Shown: positions 62,562 to 64,000 of the stretch, piece by piece
How positions within the stretch are numbered: position 1 is the stretch's first letter
How the letters are laid out: each line of letters starts with the position of its first letter
Source: an alpha proteobacterium SCGC AAA015-N04
GTDB lineage: Bacteria; Pseudomonadota; Alphaproteobacteria; Puniceispirillales; Marisalimonadaceae
Direction of reading: 5' to 3'
DNA: 64,000 nt
Assembly: GCA_000383115.1 (NCBI GenBank)
Contig: KB910566.1
Span: 8,545 to 72,544 of the forward strand
The notes under the pieces: model-generated
What the model was told of the DNA's origin: nothing
The model's input: the letters and a program-made list of their open reading frames with translations, nothing else
Databases searched by the model: none
Position numbers and translations under genes: made by a program

Positions 62562-63011
62562 ATGTTAAAATCAAGTAAAATGACTGACTACGCCGAAGTT
62601 TGCCTTGGTATGTTAGCTCGAAGACCAGGCGACATAATGTCAGCAACTGAATTATCGAAAGAAACTGGATTAACATTGTATACAGTTCAGAAGTTATTGA
62701 ATTTACTCGTTTCAAAAAGTGATTTTATTAAAGCAAATCATGGAGCTTTTGGTGGTTACATTTTAAATAGAAATTCGTCAGAAATTTCAGTAGTAGAGAT
62801 TATAGAAGCTCTTGACGGGCCTATAACTTTAACATCATGTATTGACAAATCCGAAAGTTTTTGTGAGGCCAGCGAAATTTGTTTTTTTAGTGGAAAATGG
62901 AACAAAATTAATAAGATTATTAGAAAATCTCTAAATGATATTTATTTAAAAGATCTTTTAAGTTATGAGAATCTATTTTTAATAGATGATAATAATGAAG
63001 TTTTTTATTAA
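62562..63011 (+). CDS. Rrf2-family regulator of the suf operon
   Basis: TDYA, G..GGY.L, IIEALDGP and three Cys; upstream of sufB. Confidence 0.88.
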   Translation: MLKSSKMTDYAEVCLGMLARRPGDIMSATELSKETGLTLYTVQKLLNLLVSKSDFIKANHGAFGGYILNRNSSEISVVEIIEALDGPITLTSCIDKSESFCEASEICFFSGKWNKINKIIRKSLNDIYLKDLLSYENLFLIDDNNEVFY

Positions 63012-63035
63012 TAGCATTAATTAAAAGGAAGTTAG

Positions 63036-64000
63036 ATGGTTGCTACACAAGAAACAATTGATAAAGTAAAAGAAGTTTCTAGTACTTATAAATATGGTTT
63101 TGTTACTGACCTTGAGGCTGAAAAGGCTCCACTTGGTCTAAGTGAAGATATTGTCAAATTTATTTCACATAAGAAAAAAGAACCTAAATGGTTATTGGAA
63201 TGGAGGCTTAAGGCCTATAAAAAATGGCTTACCATGAAAGAACCTAATTGGGCTATGGTTGATTTTCCTAAAATTAATTTTCAAGATATTTATTATTATT
63301 CAGCTCCTAAAACAAAACCAAAATTAAATAGTCTTGATGAAGTTGATCCAGAATTATTAAAGACTTATGAAAAATTAGGTATACCAATTAAAGAACAAGA
63401 AGTCTTAGCAGGAGTTGCCGTAGACTATGTATTTGATTCAGTTTCGGTTGCAACCACATTTAGAGAAAAATTAGCTAAAGAAGGCATAATTTTTTGTCCT
63501 ATTTCAGAAGCAGTTCATACGCATCCCAGTCTTGTAAAAAAATATATTGGAACAGTTATACCAATTAGTGATAACTACTATGCTGCTTTAAATTCTGCTG
63601 TTTTTACAGATGGATCATTTGTCTTTATACCAAAAGGTGTCAAATGTCCTATGGAATTATCTACCTATTTTAGGATTAATGAACAAAATTCTGGACAGTT
63701 CGAGAGGACTCTTATTATCGCAGAAGATAATACATATGTATCTTATTTAGAAGGATGTACTGCACCACAAAGGGATGAAAATCAACTCCACGCAGCTGTA
63801 GTCGAATTAGTTGCTATGAATAACGCAGAGATAAAGTATTCAACCGTTCAAAATTGGTATCCAGGCGACAAGGATGGCAAAGGTGGTATTTATAATTTTG
63901 TTACTAAAAGAGGAAATTGTCTTGGAAAAAAATCTAAAATTTCATGGACACAAGTAGAAACCGGTTCAGCTATTACATGGAAATACCCCTCCTGCGTTCT
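63036..64000 (+). CDS. sufB: Fe-S assembly protein SufB, runs off the window end
   Basis: Manual translation MVATQET...[28 protein letters not shown] and TWKYPSC. Confidence 0.97.
   Translation, partial: MVATQETIDKVKEVSSTYKYGFVTDLEAEKAPLGLSEDIVKFISHKKKEPKWLLEWRLKAYKKWLTMKEPNWAMVDFPKINFQDIYYYSAPKTKPKLNSLDEVDPELLKTYEKLGIPIKEQEVLAGVAVDYVFDSVSVATTFREKLAKEGIIFCPISEAVHTHPSLVKKYIGTVIPISDNYYAALNSAVFTDGSFVFIPKGVKCPMELSTYFRINEQNSGQFERTLIIAEDNTYVSYLEGCTAPQRDENQLHAAVVELVAMNNAEIKYSTVQNWYPGDKDGKGGIYNFVTKRGNCLGKKSKISWTQVETGSAITWKYPSCV

Overview
AT-rich alphaproteobacterial chromosome segment, based on the two-piece permuted tmRNA next to sspB and the hflK-hflC-degP, mreBCD-mrdA-rodA and hspQ-rrf2-sufB clusters. 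Positions 1-29.9 kb and about 48.9-64 kb are mostly housekeeping genes. Between them, starting at the glmS stop codon, lies a roughly 17-19 kb accessory island built as a tandem cassette array. The last 18 bp of glmS (encoding SVTVE-stop) recur nine more times in direct orientation, varying mostly at codon third positions. Six of the nine intervening segments are bounded by their own inverted-repeat pair, and in the intact pairs the symmetry is centred on a near-invariant AC dinucleotide. This fits repeated site-specific integration into the glmS 3' end, probably by a serine-integrase-type enzyme, although no intact integrase or Tn7 gene is present in the window. The cassettes carry stand-alone Recombinase-domain-like ORFs, XRE regulators, a shared ~350 bp non-coding leader, a conserved unannotated micro-peptide, and defence-type cargo (type I R-M, Nmad3-like, PD-(D/E)XK). 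Other oddities are a CysQ-Sua5 fusion, an N-terminally replaced D-tartrate dehydratase, three tandem bactofilins and an arsC pseudogene. All alignments were done by eye and no database searches were run.
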